A stretch of 62,871 nucleotides of DNA, filler included. It is 6 parts of 6 records of this genome, joined end to end, with 100 filler letters (N's around TTAATTAATTAA, not from the genome) between each part and the next. Parts side by side here need not be neighbours in the genome. Positions count along the whole stretch, not along the records: positions 59,029 to 62,871 come from SRR20825010_4746; 5 more parts are not named here. One strand, 5' to 3'. The notes below the pieces were generated by a model. The model worked only from the letters and a program-made list of their open reading frames with translations, ran no database searches and was not told where the DNA came from. Made by a program: the position numbers and the translations under genes. The first letter of the stretch is position 1. Each line of letters opens with the position of its first letter. Shown here one piece after another: positions 60,863-62,871 of the stretch.

Positions 60863-61683
60863 CGAAGATCTCCCATCGCCACCATGTCCATGTCGGTGAA
60901 ATCGACATTGTCGCCGGCCATGGCCCAGCAGAAAGTGTAGGCGCCGGTGCCCGCGCCGCAATGGATCGACCAGGGCGGTGAAATCACCGCGTCTTCGTTG
61001 GCAATCACGATATGGCGGGTTTCATCGGGCTGGCCCATGATATGGAACACGCGCTGCTCCGGCCCCATGTCGAAATAGAGGTAGGCTTCCATGCGCCGGT
61101 CATGCACATGCGCCGGCATGGTGTTCCAGACGGAGCCCGGTGCAAATTGCGTGTAACCCATCAAGAGCTGGCAGCTCTCGGCCACCTCGGGATGCAGGAA
61201 TTGCAGGATGACCCGCTTGTTGGAGGTTTCCGCCGATCCCATTTCCACCCGCCGCGCGTCCTCGATGCGGATCAGCCTGCTCGGGCATTTGCGGTGCGCC
61301 GGCGCCGACAGGATGTAGAAACGGCCGTCGCCTGAAAACGTCACCGGGCCCGAGCCCATGCCGAGAAAGAGCACGTCACCCTTGTTGACGGTGTAGTCGG
61401 TGCCGCCGGCCGACACCATGCCGCTGCCGCCGACGTTGAGAATGCCCATCTCGCGCCGGTCGAGAATCGAGGCGGTACCGCATTCCTTGACCTGGTCCAG
61501 CGTCAGCTTTCCGGCGCCCGGAACAGCGCCGCCGAGGATCAGCCGGTCGTAATGGGTGTAGACGAGCCGGATTTCGCCGTCGGCAAAGATCCCGCCGGCG
61601 TGGAAATGCGAACGCAATCCCGCCGTGTCGAGGCCCTTGGCCGTGGCCGGATCGATTGCGTGCCGGGTTTCGACGGTCAGCAT
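60859..61683 (-). CDS. kduI: 5-dehydro-4-deoxy-D-glucuronate isomerase
   Basis: YTHYDR, SCQLLMG.T...GSVWNTMPAHVHDRRMEAYLYF, SPPWSIHCG.G, F.DMD. Confidence 0.96.
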   Translation of the reverse strand: MLTVETRHAIDPATAKGLDTAGLRSHFHAGGIFADGEIRLVYTHYDRLILGGAVPGAGKLTLDQVKECGTASILDRREMGILNVGGSGMVSAGGTDYTVNKGDVLFLGMGSGPVTFSGDGRFYILSAPAHRKCPSRLIRIEDARRVEMGSAETSNKRVILQFLHPEVAESCQLLMGYTQFAPGSVWNTMPAHVHDRRMEAYLYFDMGPEQRVFHIMGQPDETRHIVIANEDAVISPPWSIHCGAGTGAYTFCWAMAGDNVDFTDMDMVAMGDLR

Positions 61684-61696
61684 GGATGGTCTCCCT

Positions 61697-62026
61697 TCAA
61701 GGATTGGGCGTCAGAAAATCGTCGCGCCGCGGCGCGAACGTGTCGATCAGGGTTCCGGGCTCCAGGCACCGGCAGCCATGCACCGCATTGGACGGGATGA
61801 CGAAACTGTCCCCGGGTCCGACGTCGAATGTCTCGCCGCCCACGGTGAACGTGAACCGCCCGGATTGGACATAGGTCGACTGCACATGCGGATGGCTGTG
61901 CAGCTTGCCCTCGGCCCCTTCGGCCTGGAACCGGAAGGCCACGACCATCAGTTCCGGGCTGTCGCTCAGCACCTGCCGCTTGACGCCGGCATCGGCGGCG
62001 ACTTCGGGATAGGACTTCAGGATCAT
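61697..62026 (-). CDS. kdgF: cupin protein, KdgF-like
   Basis: GV.RQVL...ELM.V.F.F, HSHPHVQSTYV.SG.F, HG..CLE.G.LID.F.P.R.DFL; adjacent to kduI. Confidence 0.82.
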   Translation of the reverse strand: MILKSYPEVAADAGVKRQVLSDSPELMVVAFRFQAEGAEGKLHSHPHVQSTYVQSGRFTFTVGGETFDVGPGDSFVIPSNAVHGCRCLEPGTLIDTFAPRRDDFLTPNP

Positions 62027-62036
62027 GTCTTCTTCC

Positions 62037-62870
62037 TTATCGGAACAGCGATGGCAGCCACAGCGACAATGCCGGGATGTAGGTCACCAGGATGAGCGTG
62101 AAGAGGGCAGCCCCATAGAACGGCCAGATCGTCCGGATCGCATCCCAGACCGATATTCGCCCGACTGCGCAGCCGACGAACAGCACCGTCCCGACCGGCG
62201 GCGTGCAAAGGCCTATGCCAAGGTTGAGCACCAGGATGACGCCGAAATGCACCGGATCGACGCCGAAGGCGACGGCGACCGGCAGGAAGATCGGCGTGGT
62301 GATGACGATCAGCGGCGACATGTCCATGAAGGTGCCGAGCATCAAGAGGACCAGGTTGATCATCAGCAGGATGATGATCGGGTTGTCGGAAACCGCCTTG
62401 AGCAGCGACACGAGCTCGGCCGGAATTTTCAGGAAGGCCAGCAGCCAGCCGAACGAACCGGCACACCCGATCACCAGCAGCACCATGGCGGTGGTGCGCA
62501 CCGCAGCCTTCGTTGCCTCCACGAAACCGTTCCAGCTCATGGTGCGATAGGCAAGCGTTGTGACGAGCAGGGCATAGACCGCGGCGATGCAGGAACTCTC
62601 GGAAGCGGTAAAGATGCCCGAGCGCACCCCCCCGAAGATGATGACGATCAGCAGGATGCCGGGCAGCGCGTTGACGAAGATCGCGCCGAGCATGCGCATG
62701 CCGGGAAACTCCTCGGTGGGATACCCCGCCTTGCGGGCGACGAACCAGGCGGTCACCATCAGCGACACCGCCAAGAGCAGGCCGGGGATGATGCCGGCCG
62801 TAAACAGGTCGGCGATCGACAGCCGGCCACCCGCCGAGATCGAATAGATGATCATGTTGTGCGACGGCGG
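62037..62870 (-). CDS. dctM: TRAP transporter large permease, 5' end outside window
   Basis: PPSHNMIIYS, GIFTASE, LGTFMD..P, GVDPVHFG, TPPVG..LF. Confidence 0.93.
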   Translation of the reverse strand, partial: PPSHNMIIYSISAGGRLSIADLFTAGIIPGLLLAVSLMVTAWFVARKAGYPTEEFPGMRMLGAIFVNALPGILLIVIIFGGVRSGIFTASESSCIAAVYALLVTTLAYRTMSWNGFVEATKAAVRTTAMVLLVIGCAGSFGWLLAFLKIPAELVSLLKAVSDNPIIILLMINLVLLMLGTFMDMSPLIVITTPIFLPVAVAFGVDPVHFGVILVLNLGIGLCTPPVGTVLFVGCAVGRISVWDAIRTIWPFYGAALFTLILVTYIPALSLWLPSLFR

Positions 62871-62871
62871 C

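Noticed and set aside
59029-62871. TRAP-kdgF-kduI-kduD-uxuB cluster as novel
   Set aside because: Matches established catabolism of unsaturated uronates; nothing anomalous seen.

Overview
The window is not one locus. It is six contig fragments joined by identical artificial 100-nt linkers (N44-TTAATTAATTAA-N44), and by base composition and gene style they come from at least three lineages. (1) 1-19869, GC-rich alphaproteobacterial: BCCT transporter, LysR regulator, the HDAC-xseB-ispA-dxs-tlyA-DUF2806 run, an RND efflux pair, two paralogous pentapeptide-repeat proteins flanking an unknown 131-aa gene, threonine aldolase, a GNAT and a peptide-binding protein. (2) 19970-35432, AT-rich Bacteroidota-type copper island: CusA, TolC, CusB-like adaptor, DUF3347 lipoprotein, two P1B Cu ATPases and two HMA-AraC regulators, interrupted by a GH26/T9SS gene. 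(3) 35533-38839: SorC/DeoR regulator, lipoprotein, BCCT. (4) 38940-46088: ald, FAD oxidoreductase, lone 2-oxoacid dehydrogenase E1, glycosyltransferase-methyltransferase fusion, ABCB fragment. (5) 46189-58928, betaproteobacterial style: jacalin lectin plus TPR-secretin fusion, a GntR/CoA-transferase/TRAP/HMG-CoA-lyase-like/LeuCD-like catabolic operon (large subunit frameshifted by a 4-bp duplication), hipBA and PAAR. (6) 59029-62871: TRAP dctM-kdgF-kduI-kduD-uxuB uronate catabolism. Best leads: the TPR-secretin/lectin module, an inferred citraconate to (R)-citramalate pathway, a thrice-repeated 21-bp-spaced operator in the copper island, an unannotated 48-aa Cys-Cys membrane peptide in the Cus operon, and the pentapeptide-repeat triad. 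No rRNA, tRNA, CRISPR array or transposase was recognised. All family assignments come from reading motifs by eye; no database search was run.
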